A DNA stretch of 63,639 nucleotides, the filler included, from Folioceros fuciformis (lineage: Eukaryota), in NCBI GenBank assembly GCA_049999805.1. It is 10 parts of 10 records of this genome, joined end to end, with 100 filler letters (N's around TTAATTAATTAA, not from the genome) between each part and the next. Parts side by side here need not be neighbours in the genome. Positions count along the whole stretch, not along the records: positions 49,546 to 55,317 come from JBNGIO010001568.1; positions 55,418 to 63,639 come from JBNGIO010001569.1; 8 more parts are not named here. One strand, given 5' to 3'. The notes under the pieces are model-generated. The model saw only the letters and a list, made by a program, of their open reading frames with translations, made no database searches and had not been told where the DNA came from. Position 1 is the stretch's first letter; each line of letters begins with the position of its first letter. Below, piece by piece: positions 52,501-63,639 of the stretch. The translations under genes were made by a program, and so were the position numbers.

Positions 52501-55234
52501 CAAGGCTCGTTTGGTGGCAAGGGGATTCTCTCAGATCCCTAGCTTGGACTATCTTGAAACGTTTTCTCCAGTAGTCAAGTTGTCCACTCTTCGAATTATC
52601 CTTGCCATATCCACACATTACGATTATGAGTTGCAAATGTACGATGTCAAAACAGCTTTCTTATACGGCAAATTAGACACAGAAATATACATGCAGCAAC
52701 CGCCTGGATATGTAGTGAAGGGTAAAGCAAACTATGCCTGTAAGCTGATCAAGTGTATATATGGGTTAAAGCAGTCAGCTATGAAATGGAATGCTGCCCT
52801 AGATACAGAACTTCTACAGCTTGGATTCACAAAGAGCCAGGCAGACAGCAGTCTATACATATACTCGAAAGGAGAGGTTATATGCTATCTGGCAGTCTAC
52901 GTGGACAATTTGATACTATCCAGTAACAGTCAGGCCTTTATAACAAGCATTACAGATGTGTTGGCCACTAAGTTTAAAATGTCCTGTTTGGGACCCTTAC
53001 AGAGCTGCCTTGGAATACACATTCAGAGGGATAGAAAACAACGGGTTATGACTCTTACTCAACCACGTTACCTTCTTGATTGTGTTGAACAGCTAGGTTT
53101 AAAGGATGCCAAGCCTGCATCGACACCCATGGCAGCAGGTCAGAAACTTAGCAAGGCTATGTCATCAACTACACGTGATGAGAAAGAACAGATGAAGGGC
53201 GTACCTTACAGACAAGGTGTTGGCAAGCTTATATACGCTAGTAACACGACGAGACTTGAAATAGCTTATTCTACAAGTGTACTCTCCCAGTTCTTGGAAG
53301 ATCCAGGACTGGAGCATTGGACAAGTCTTAAGCGTGTGTTCAGATACCTGAAAGGAACACCCAGATTAGGTATCACGTACAAGTATCAAGAAGGAAAAGC
53401 ATTGGACCTGGAAGTCTTTACTGACTCTGATTATGCAGGTGACATTGATAGCAGAAAATCAGTATCTGGTTACCTGATTACAATTGCTGCAGGGCCAGTT
53501 TGCTGGTCAAGCAAAAAGCAGCCTACAGACGCTCTTTCTTCGACAGAAGCAGAGTATCGTGTACTGACTGCAGCAGCAAAAGAGGTAGTTTGGTGTAAGC
53601 TACTGTTTAAGGAGTTAGGCATCCCGATCCCAACTTGTACCACAATACAAACCGACAACCAAGGTTCGATGGCTTTAGCCAAGAATCCAGTGTTCCATGC
53701 ACGAACGAAACACGTGGAGGTGGAATACCATTACATCAGAGGACTGGTAGCAGAAGGAAAGATTGAACTTCAGTATGTCTCAACTCAAGAAAACCCGGCA
53801 GACATACTTACAAAGGCTTTGAGCAGAGATGCTCACAACAAGCACATTCAGCGTCTTGGTATGGGAGAGCCACAAGCCTTCTCATCCAGTACAATCTAAC
53901 AAGAAACCTAGCCTAAAACACCGGTGACTCATAGCCATCAAAATAAGCAGAGCATCCAAAGTCTATCTCGTCTCCAGACTGCTGGGATTCGGAAGTAGAC
54001 TCATCTTCTACTGGGTAAGGGTTGTGACAGCCACCAGGTGACAGATCTCCAGGAAAGCCAGGATGGACTCTTTTCTTGAGAGGGGTTTCTTCAACTCTCA
54101 GCCTTTCTTCCTTCTTAGCCTCCTCCCTGAGTCTGAGAGTAGACTCTGTATGTAAACTGAGAAACAAGAAGATTGTAAGTAATCCTGCAAAAGATAACAG
54201 CAACAAAAGGACTTGATACAACAAGCAAGAACAGCAGCAGCTACTTACTGTACGTGCTGACCACATGGACAGGGATGTTCTCACACACTTCGACCTTCAC
54301 GCGCTGCATCTTCAGTTCAGTAAGACCGACCCACACCAAATACCAGAAAGGTGAGCAAGGATGCTCCAGTGATCCACAAGTGACAATATGGGTCTTCATG
54401 AAGCCGTGCCTTGGCTTTGGGAACTTCGCAGGCACACGCCGTGCTGGGCCATCTTCGTAGTAAGCAAAATCAAGGTTCAGAACTCTAACCAGAGGGGTGT
54501 ATCCAGTCTGTGGCGGCGGAGAAGACTCGTGAGTGTCCATATATTGCTGACCAACAGCAAGTTCAACATTGCGCCGCTCCAAGACTTTTTTGGTTGTCCC
54601 CTTCGGCCTGTTGACAGCTCGCTTGCTACAGGAAGCCTTCGTCTCAGCGTTTTGATCACTTCTGGTAGTTGTCTTAGTCGCAAATCTTCCTAGGGCGTCA
54701 CGCTTGTGACGGCGGCGGTGCTTGGGAGCATCGGAATCAGAACCAGAAGACATGATGAAGAGAAGGCACGAGATCCAGCACTCCAGCAGCTCAGACAATG
54801 CAAGAGACAAGAACCAGCTGAGTTTTATGAAAGCGGCGGCATCACCACCAGAACTCATCATGCTCAGCTGGAGAACATGGAGCACAACTGTGTACAGATG
54901 TCTTTGGGACGTAACACGCAGTTGAAGTAACGTTCACGAGGACTGAGCGGCGGCGTACCGTGCGCCGGAACGTACACCTAAATCATTATCAGCAAGTGGG
55001 AGTGTTAAAGAGTATTCGCATACGTATGCTGATGATATTTAGGGCACGTTTGGTTAGCTTAAGTGAGATTAATAAGGTCACAACGCTTGGTTAGGGTTAC
55101 GCCCATTAGACGTGTCTTTTGAGTTCATTAATAAAAAAAACTCACTTTAAGAAATTATTAATTAATGTTCTTTAATATACATTTCAGATGTAATTGATCA
55201 ACATGTTGATTTAATCTGCATATTCATTTAATCA
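49546..55234 (+). mobile_element. Near full-length Ty1/copia element: gag-pol 49562-53899, PPT ~54994-55002, LTR 55003-55234
   Basis: Domain order gag, zinc knuckle, PR, IN, RT, RH (CNWCKLPGHWEREC, LDTGAT, HTDLCGP, SDNGGE, ADILTK). Stops at 49586-49588 and 51482-51484; RT motif reads YVDN. Confidence 0.96.
53913..54753 (-). CDS. Putative spliced antisense gene inside the copia element (exons 54753-54249 and 54184-53913; 258 aa)
   Basis: A 64-nt GTAAGT...TTTTGCAG intron (54185-54248) joins the 214-aa and 123-aa minus-strand ORFs in frame. Confidence 0.65.
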
Positions 55235-55238
55235 AAAA

Positions 55239-55250
55239 TGGTATCAGAGC
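55239..55250 (+). promoter_or_regulatory. Primer-binding site (Met-i tRNA) directly after the LTR at 55003-55234
   Basis: ...AATCA-AAAA-TGGTATCAGAGC. Confidence 0.85.
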
Positions 55251-56229
55251 AGGTTATATGCAATCTTCATGTTATTTGATGCATATTACAAAATGCATTT
55301 AAAAAGAATGTATTTACNNNNNNNNNNNNNNNNNNNNNNNNNNNNNNNNNNNNNNNNNNNNTTAATTAATTAANNNNNNNNNNNNNNNNNNNNNNNNNNN
55401 NNNNNNNNNNNNNNNNNTGGAAGGCAGCAATAGGGAGGGATCTCTTAACCCGACTCAAGATCAAAACTTGCAGCAGTTCCGATCCTGCAGTGGAATTAGC
55501 AGGTTGCACCCCAGCAGCTTACGAGAAGCCTGGCTGGATCTGCATCCGTCCGTCGTGATCTCCAGCACCTGGTGTCGATAGCCTAGCTGTCATCCCTACC
55601 TGCAACTTGGATCCAAGGAAGAAACAGGGAGGGAGATTGAGAAGAAAGGGAGGAAGAAGAAGAAGGGGGGACAAGAGGAAAATGGAGGAGGAAGGGAGAA
55701 AGGGAGGGAGGAGGAGAGGGAAGGGAGCGGCCGCAGCCCCTGCCTCTAGCCCTAGCTAGGGCACAGCCTCCATGACCATTCAGGCCAGCCTGGCAATCAG
55801 CCAGCCTGATGTCAGACTCTGACCCCTGACCCTGACATACCCCACATATTCCCGTTCCTATGTTCAAACCATTATTTATTATTCTATTATTATTCTATTA
55901 TTATTTAAATCATTTAATACTATATACCTTCAATTAATATTAAACCAATCCCCAAACCTATATACAAACTTTCCCGACCCTATGGCCTGGTACTAGACCT
56001 AAACTTTCCCAAGTCTGGGACCAAACCTATACCCACTCTTATAACCAAACCAACTATTTCCTAGTTAATTAACTTAATTAGCACAAAGAGAAAAATAAAA
56101 AAAGACCAGAAAATAAAGGAAAATTAGGGAAAAGAAGTAGAAAAAGAAAACCAAGGCACACCACTATTAACCCTTTTTCAACCAAAACAAACCACTACCC
56201 CAAGCTTTGGAGGTTCACAGCTAGGGCCA

Positions 56230-59200
56230 AGGCAAAGGGTCTTTCACCTCTCGCCCATATACAAATCCCCCTCGTGGATTTGTATATGGGCGATATTAAC
56301 CCTCGTGGAGATATTACATCTTCTTCTACGCTTGCAAGAGGTAAAAAGAAGATTATTTGCAATTGGTGCAGAATACAAAATCATATGAAGAAGGATTGCA
56401 ACAAGAAGAAGAATGGCAAGCCTAGAAAGAAGGCTGCACCTGGAGCACATGCTGCTGTGAAGAAAAAATCTTCCACAACACCCTCAGCTCTCACTATATG
56501 CTTGGCATCATCAAAGTCAACAAACCCAAATTGGTACTTGGACAGTGGAGCTACCTCACACATCTGTCACAACAAAAACTCTTTTGAGTCCTATTTGCCA
56601 GTATCTGGACACCATGCTGTCCTACTGGGCAATGACCATAACCTCCCCATCTTTAGTGTAGGTTCAATCGCTCTCAGATGTTCTTCAGGCCAAGTTCTTT
56701 CTCTCTCTTATGTCCTTCATATACCATCCATGTGTAAAAACTTAGTGTCAGCTGTCAATTTATGTTCACAACATAATTTGCACTTCATTTTAGATGCAGA
56801 TAGTTGTATCATCTCTTATTTTCCAAGTGAATCACTAATCGTCTACACAAGCACTTTAGAGGATGGGTTATATAACTATCGGTGCGAGTGGGAACTACAC
56901 ATGATGGGATACATGTAGCTTCTCAAAATTCTGTCACTTCAAATACAACAGTACTCTGGCATTGTAGATTAGGTAATCCTAATAGCCAAAAACTTGTACA
57001 AATGTCTAAGGGAAATTTTTATAGAAACCCTTCCCTTACAAAGATAGAACCCCTATCATGGTGTGAAGCAAGCTTGTGTCATCACCAAAAGACATCAAAA
57101 TCACTCTCCCCAGTGGGCTAAAGTACCCCTTGAGTTAGTTCACACCGACATTTGTGGCCCAATCTCTGCACCCTCCTTTAGCGGTTGCAGATATTTTCTT
57201 ACCTTTATTGATGATTTCTCCCGCTTTACCACAACATACACCCTTTCCATCATTTTAAGCATTACATGATGTGGGCGGAGAGACTTACAAAGAAGAAACT
57301 GAAGACAATTCGTTCAGACCATGGTGGCAAGTTTACTTCCAATGCTTTTACCAATTTTTGTCGAGCACAAGATATAGCTCAACAACTTGCGGTGGTCTAT
57401 ACACCCTAGCAAAATGGCGTAGCCAAAAATAAGAATCTACGCCTTCAAGAAATCACAGGTTGCTTGCTCACCCAAGCAAGGTTATCTAAACCATATTGGG
57501 CAGAAGCAATGATAACAACAACCTAGATCATTAATCAACTTCCAACCTCAGCGGTTAAAGGTATGACACCGTAGGAAGCATTCACTGGCACAAAACCTTC
57601 CATCGACCACCTTCGGGTATTTGGCTGTACGGCATATGTTTATATTCCTAAATCACAACGCAAAAAGTTAGATGACAAGGCTGCCAAGTATACCTTTATT
57701 GGATATATCGAAGGTATCAAAGGATACAAATTATTTGATCCAGATACTAGGCAACTCATATATGCCCACAGCGTTACTTTTCATGAGTCTCCTATATTAT
57801 CTCCTTCAGTGGATTCCCCTATTTTTGTTCCTGACAATCATCATTTGCCTTCGTCTTTTGATAATGATGAATTTGTTACCCTACATTCCGCCCCTTCCTC
57901 TCCTCCGGTTGCGCCTAGATTGCAAGAGGAGGAGGAGCCATCTTCTCCAAGACAACCAACTACTCTAGATCAAGATATGGAAATTCCTCAACACCTTGAA
58001 GATCTTCCTGATATCCCGAACAATGAACTTTCCGAGCCTAAGTATCCGGATGAAGATGAGCCGGTTCCTCCTATACATGAACCAACTCTTGAAGAAAACG
58101 ATAACACTTGAGAACAAGTTGTCAACAAAGATGTACAACATGCACCAAGGTACAACCTAAGATCCATACGTGCTATCTCTGGACCTGCAAGATGGAAGGA
58201 ACCATCTATGGGATACCTTACTACTTTTGATGATCCCTTCTCACCTTTCTCCCATTTTTATCAAGCTGTTTATAAAGCCAATGTTGACCCTGAAGAGCCA
58301 CTAACCTTGAAACAAGCTTTTCCTCTCTTGAGAAAGACTTATGGAAAGCCACAGTGGACTCTAAGTATGACTCCCTAGTTAAGAACTGTACATGGGAATT
58401 AGTCAAACCACCCAAAGAAAGAAAAAAAGTTGGGAGTAAATGGGTATTCAAAATTAAACGCAAGGTTATGGTTCCATTGAGAGATATAAGGCAAGACTAG
58501 TAGCCAGAGGTTTTACCCAAATACCAGGTTTAGATTACATACCTTGGGCTACTTATGCTCTAGTAGCAAAATTTTCTTTCTTAAGAATGATAATTGCCTT
58601 GACCGCTCAACATGATTTACACCTTCACATGATGGATGTCAAAACTACTTATTTACATGGACGCATTCAAGAAGAAATATACATGAAACAACTTGAGGGT
58701 TATGAGGTCAAAGACAAAGAAGATATGGTATGTAGACTAATTAAAGGTCTCTATGGCCTAAAGCAATATGGAAAGGAATGGAACAAAGATATACATGACA
58801 AGCTTATCAAGTATGGCTTTATTCAAAGCAAAGCTGATGCAAGTATGTATATCTTAAAGTCAAAACAACATACACTTTACCTATTACTTTATGTGGATGA
58901 CCTATTCTTAGCATCATCTTCACTCTCCCACCTAGCGGAAGTTAAAGCTTGGTTAAGAAGTCACTATGAAATGACGGACTTGGGAGAGCTAACCTATGTC
59001 CTTGGCGTCAATGTTATAAGGGATAGAGGTAATAAATCCATCAGCCTAGTTCAAACAAAATATATTAAAGAAAGTTTAGCCAAGTTTGGACTTGAAGATG
59101 CTAAACCTGCTGCCACACTATTCCCTAGTGGCACACGACTCACTTCTTATATGAGCCCTAAGACAAATGCTGAAAAAGAAGAAATGTCAACAGTACCATA

Positions 59201-62200
59201 CAAACATGTTGTTGGTACATTAATATACTTAAGCAACTTCACTAGACCAGACATATCTTTTGAAGTTAGTGCAGTCTCACAATTTTTGGAGAATCCTAGA
59301 AGACAACATTTGCAATGCGTCAAACGCATATTCAGGTATCTCAAAGGCACTATGCACACAGAACTGATGTATAAGTATACACCCGGCATATCCAAATCAA
59401 ACTTAAGAGCATATGCTGACGCTGATTATGCTAGAGACCCAGACAGCCGAAAATCTGTATCTGGCACATCTTACTACTTGGAGGAGCTCCTATCTCATGG
59501 TCAAGTAAGAAACAACTAACTATTGCTTTGACAAGCACCGAGTCAGAGTATAGGGTTCTAACCTCAGTCTGCAAAGATATAGTGTGGAGTAGGTTAGCAT
59601 TGAGTGAGTTGAACTATTCTCAAAATGAGCCCACACCTCTGTTCAGTGATAGTTAGGGAGCCATAGCCTTAGCTAGAAACCCTGTCTTCCACTCAAGAAC
59701 TAAGCAGTAGGCAGTTGAATATCATTACATACGCGAAATGCTAGAAAATAAGACCATAGATATCATTTACATCCAAACACAGCTATTTAATGACCAAGTC
59801 ATTGGGCAGGGACTTACATCTAAAACACATGAAAGGTTTAGGAATACATGAGGTCAAGATTAACTTAGCTAGCTAGTGGAACTAACGTAATACTACAATC
59901 CACAAAGTTGATCCAACATTTCAAGTTCCGCCTCTAGTTCTAAGTAGTCCTCACTATACTCCTTATCCTCCCACTCCAATGCCCAAACAAATTCTATACA
60001 TAAAACTTAGAAGTCAAGTTTGGAAATAATGAAGAACACTTAAGTTACTAACTTGTATGTTAACTTACTATAAAGGTGCTTTGTATGTCCCTCATACTCT
60101 TCACATGGGGAAGCACCTAGCCACATCATCTTTATTCCCTTTTTGTGGCATATGTACTCAGTGGGAGCCTTATGATCATTAGGACCCCCTGGAAATATAA
60201 AGTAGGTAGCCTTAAATAAATTCCTGGTTGGTAGATAGGAATCAGGTGCTTTCTTCCCGGTACCTGCCTCTTCATGGGATGCACGTAGTGGGATAGGAAA
60301 CCTCACATGGCTTGTGCCCACACGCTTATCCACATCTGCATCCGAAACAATTTTTCTTTATTTACTTATAGGATGTAAGCCACTAATTTACAAATAGGGG
60401 AACCGCTTCTTATTTTCACTTACATTTCTTATTTTTACATTCTACTTCACTGCCTTTTGGGATGGTATCGGCTTCATCAACATCTTCGAAGTCTTCACCG
60501 ACACAAGAGTATATGATCTCTAGCTTGGGCTCCCCTCGCATACTGCTTGGCGAGAGGTCTTTATCAAATTGGCAGTGAGCACCTCTTCATCAAACTCCAC
60601 CTCAAGGTTGTTATCGTTTGGTGGATCCAGTGAACTAGGCGGTAAAGCACGGAGCCTACAAGAATTGGGCATCTCTGGTACATTATGATCTTTACTACGG
60701 CTATTTAATTAAGGAGGTGAAGGTTTTTGACAAGGAGTTACATCCATGGCACCATCTTCAACTACAAAAGGCAAAAATAGGCATTAGAATATTCAAAGCA
60801 TTATTAACTGATCAAGACCAAATAAAAGGGCTTTTACAACTCACTTTTAAGAATAGGAGGGCCTATATGCGAGTCATGATTTTCAACTCGATATGCACTA
60901 GCAAATCCAGCTCTATTGGTCCGAATTTCGATATCGATGTTGTCCCAATCCTCATCATACAGAAGCGTTGCATCGCCATCCTCGGCATTCTCACTGATTT
61001 TATAAAAAGGGCTGGCTGGAGGAGAATATTCTGGAGAAGAAACATTTGCATTTGCTAGGCGATTAGCATTTGGAGAATATTTTGGAGAAGAAGAAACATC
61101 TGCATTTGACAGGGCCTTTGTATTTGCATTTGAGTCGCGGATTCCCTGTAAGCAAGGAGGCGCTCCTGCACGGCCAAGGCACTCAGGGTAGAGCGCTCTC
61201 GCTGGGCTGCAAACCGGGCACGCCTCCATGCCCGAAGGGTGTGCGCTGAGGAGGAACCTCGAGGGTGCGCCATCTCCGCCTGTTTATGGTGCCTGATAGA
61301 GACGGGCGTGCTCCTGTAGGGGGCCTGGTCGGCCTAACAGTCGCACCTACCCCTGGTTGTCCACCAATCGGTGGACAGGTACGAAGGCGGTTAATGCCGG
61401 GATATATCGGTTTCGGCTTACTCATGATAGAGACGGGCGACGGAGGTGGTTAATGCCGGGATATACCGGTTTCAGCTCACTCATGACAGAGACGAGCGAC
61501 GGAGGCGGTTAATGCCAAGATATACCAGTTTAGGCTTACTCATGACAGAGACGGGCGACGGAGGCGGTTAATGCCGGGATATACCGGTTTCGGCTTACTC
61601 ATGGCCTATTATTCATTTAGGCCTTTATTTTTCAAAAGGGGGCCCGGCCAGCCTAACGGTCGCACCTACCCCTGGTTGTTCACCAATCGGTGAATGGGGA
61701 CGGAGGCGGTTAATGCCGAGATTTACCGGTTTCGGCTTACTCATGGCCTATTATTCATTTAGGCCTTTATTTTTCAAAAGGCACACTCATAGGTCCCCCC
61801 AGCCCAGTAATGATCCGGGCTTGGGGTACTTAAACGCGGAGTTTTGATGAACCTTTGCATACTTGCGCCCTATGACCAAACGGTTAACAACTATGAAACG
61901 ATTTTGCTATAGATTTTCTTTCAGCTATCAGGTTTAATTCTTTTAAGCTTATAGCTTCTCATTAAGTGGGAGCTTAAGCATGTTCCAGGCCTCTTTTTGA
62001 AGCTAGCTCTCACCCCTACATTCATAGTGAGTAGGAGTGATGAAATATATCTAGGTTAGGACACCTCACTTAAACATTATTTAGGGCATAAAGTAGTTAC
62101 TTAATTAGTTGCTCTAGGTAGTTAGTTGTTATATTAGTTGCAACAACCTAGTGGTTACAACAACTTATGGTTGTAACCACCTAGCCTATATATTGGCTTA

Positions 62201-62266
62201 TACTCTTTACTTTCTTAATTCAATTGAATTATATCTCTTCTACCTAAGAGCTATTGATTCTCATCA
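56230..62266 (+). mobile_element. Degenerate Ty1/copia element, 5' truncated: pol ~56340-59865, long 3' region, PPT, LTR 62038-62266
   Basis: CNWCRIQNHMKKDC, WYLDSGAT, HTDICGP and YVDD, with many stops. GAGTAGGAG precedes an LTR bounded by TGATGA...TCATCA. Confidence 0.9.
61382..61780. repeat. 59-bp tandem array (units at 61382, 61441, 61500, 61559) plus a fifth copy at 61701 in a larger duplication
   Basis: Unit consensus cggaggcggttaatgccgggatataccggtttcggcttactcatgacagagacgggcga. Confidence 0.92.
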
Positions 62267-62824
62267 ATCAGGAGGGCCCTTTAGGCTCAAACAGGCGGGC
62301 GGTGGCCGATCCAGCTAGGCAGGCAGGTTGGCTGGATTGGCTAGCGGGTTGGCAAGGAGGCAAGCAAGCCAGGGTGGATCGCGATAGGCTAGCTGGATCT
62401 AGGCTGTAGGTGGCGGGCGGACCGAATCTAGGCAGGTGGCGGCGGATCCGAATAGGCAGGTGAGCTAGATCCAAGCGGGCTGGTTGGATCGCTGGAACGC
62501 TAGCTGGGCGCTGGCTAGAATGTGAGCTGGATCACGGCAGGCTGGCAAACAGGTAGGCATCAAGGTGGCGCTGGCAGGATCAAGCTGGGGTTGAGCCAGG
62601 GGACCTCTGTAGGCAACTATGACAGCAGCTGGAGAGTGCCTTTGCTGGTAGGGAGAAGGTCCTCACTAAGGGTGAACTGGAGTTGAAGGAAAAGTTAGAG
62701 CAATTGGAGGCCAAGAATGTGGCATTGGATCTGAGGGAGCAGACTATTTGGGAGTCGTTTGAAGAAAGAGCCCGATTGTTGAACTTGAAGGAGCAGAGTC
62801 TGGTTCAGAAGGTGACAGCCGCAT

Positions 62825-63639
62825 TGTAGATAGCCAAGACGTGCCCAAGCCTACACGGCACCGTGGCAAGCGTTCAGAAAAGAAGCTACAGAGCAGAAGA
62901 TGCAAAAAACAAGTTTCTGTGGAAGTAGCACTCGAAGAAGACTCACCCGGGTTGTTGGAGTTGTATGGGAAAGAGGACTAGGAAATGGTTTGCAGTTGTT
63001 CGACGAGGATTTGGAGGATGAATCGAACACGAATACTCTTGCAGATGATGCTTGTGAAGAGCTATCATGAAGGTGACCACCGATTAGGCAAGAAGCCCTC
63101 AACCAATATTGTGTAGAATAGGATAGCAAATATATTTCTTAAGTAAACCAATGCTAGGATAAATGAACCTAGCTTAGCTAGATATGTCGCAAACTGGCTT
63201 AGAAATAGCTAGATGTTTTTAGGCAAGTTGAGTCGGAACACATGTTGGGTATTTCCCAACTTGTTATTAGTGTAACCTTGTTGCCCAACGTGGGAAGACA
63301 GACATCAGAACTTAGGGTTGTAGTGTAAAAGTATTCCCAGATAATCAAACACAAGGACTTGAGAGAGATCTTGGTGACCCGTGGAGGGTTTTGTGAGTGT
63401 TAGAAGGAGCATAAACTTGAGTGTTTAATAAGAGAATTGAGTGTTGTGTTTGTGTTTATGAGATTGTGAATGCTTTTGCGGCGTTAGAATGAAGTTTGCA
63501 TCTTCTTCATGCGAGTCCTTGTCTTATGCGAGTCCTTGTGTTCGATTACTAGGGAATACTTCTACACTACATTTTGGTGCCGTTGCTGGGGATTCGTCTA
63601 CAAGAAATGCAAACATGAGTTCATCATGAATGTGAATAT
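62825..63639 (+). mobile_element. 5' LTR (62825-63571) and tRNA-Asp PBS (63575-63592) of an Athila-like Ty3/gypsy element
   Basis: TGTAG...CTACA inverted termini followed by TTT-TGGTGCCGTTGCTGGGGA, close to the Athila PBS TGGCGCCGTTGCCGGGGA. Confidence 0.75.

Noticed and set aside
61382-61780. CRISPR-like regular array
   Set aside because: Units are contiguous with no unique spacers, there are no cas genes, and the context is a eukaryotic retrotransposon.

Overview
Eukaryotic nuclear DNA from a seed-free land plant with a compact genome. Introns are short and a flagellar CFAP61 gene is present, which suggests a hornwort or lycophyte; the taxon is inferred. The window is not contiguous: ten contigs are joined by nine artificial 100-bp linkers (N44-TTAATTAATTAA-N44). 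Contigs 2-4 are gene dense and carry a MATE/DTX46-like transporter, PAM16, a UPF0390-like protein, intronless UFSP, DP, CFAP61, HROB, a small membrane protein, RPSA, DPE1 and a DUF26/Gnk2-like secreted protein. The remaining contigs are mostly Ty1/copia elements, an Athila-like LTR, LINE remnants, GC-rich repeats, an ABCG fragment and an intronless cyclin T copy. Two observations stand out. (1) A pair of non-canonical tRNA-like genes (25595-25716 and 26380-26496) with a tRNA-Pro-like body, a 6-bp anticodon stem, different apparent anticodons and 44-49 nt inserts that carry a covarying alternative pairing strand. (2) A copia element carrying an intact, apparently spliced 258-aa antisense gene between pol and the 3' LTR, with a decayed antisense ORF region at the same position in a related element.
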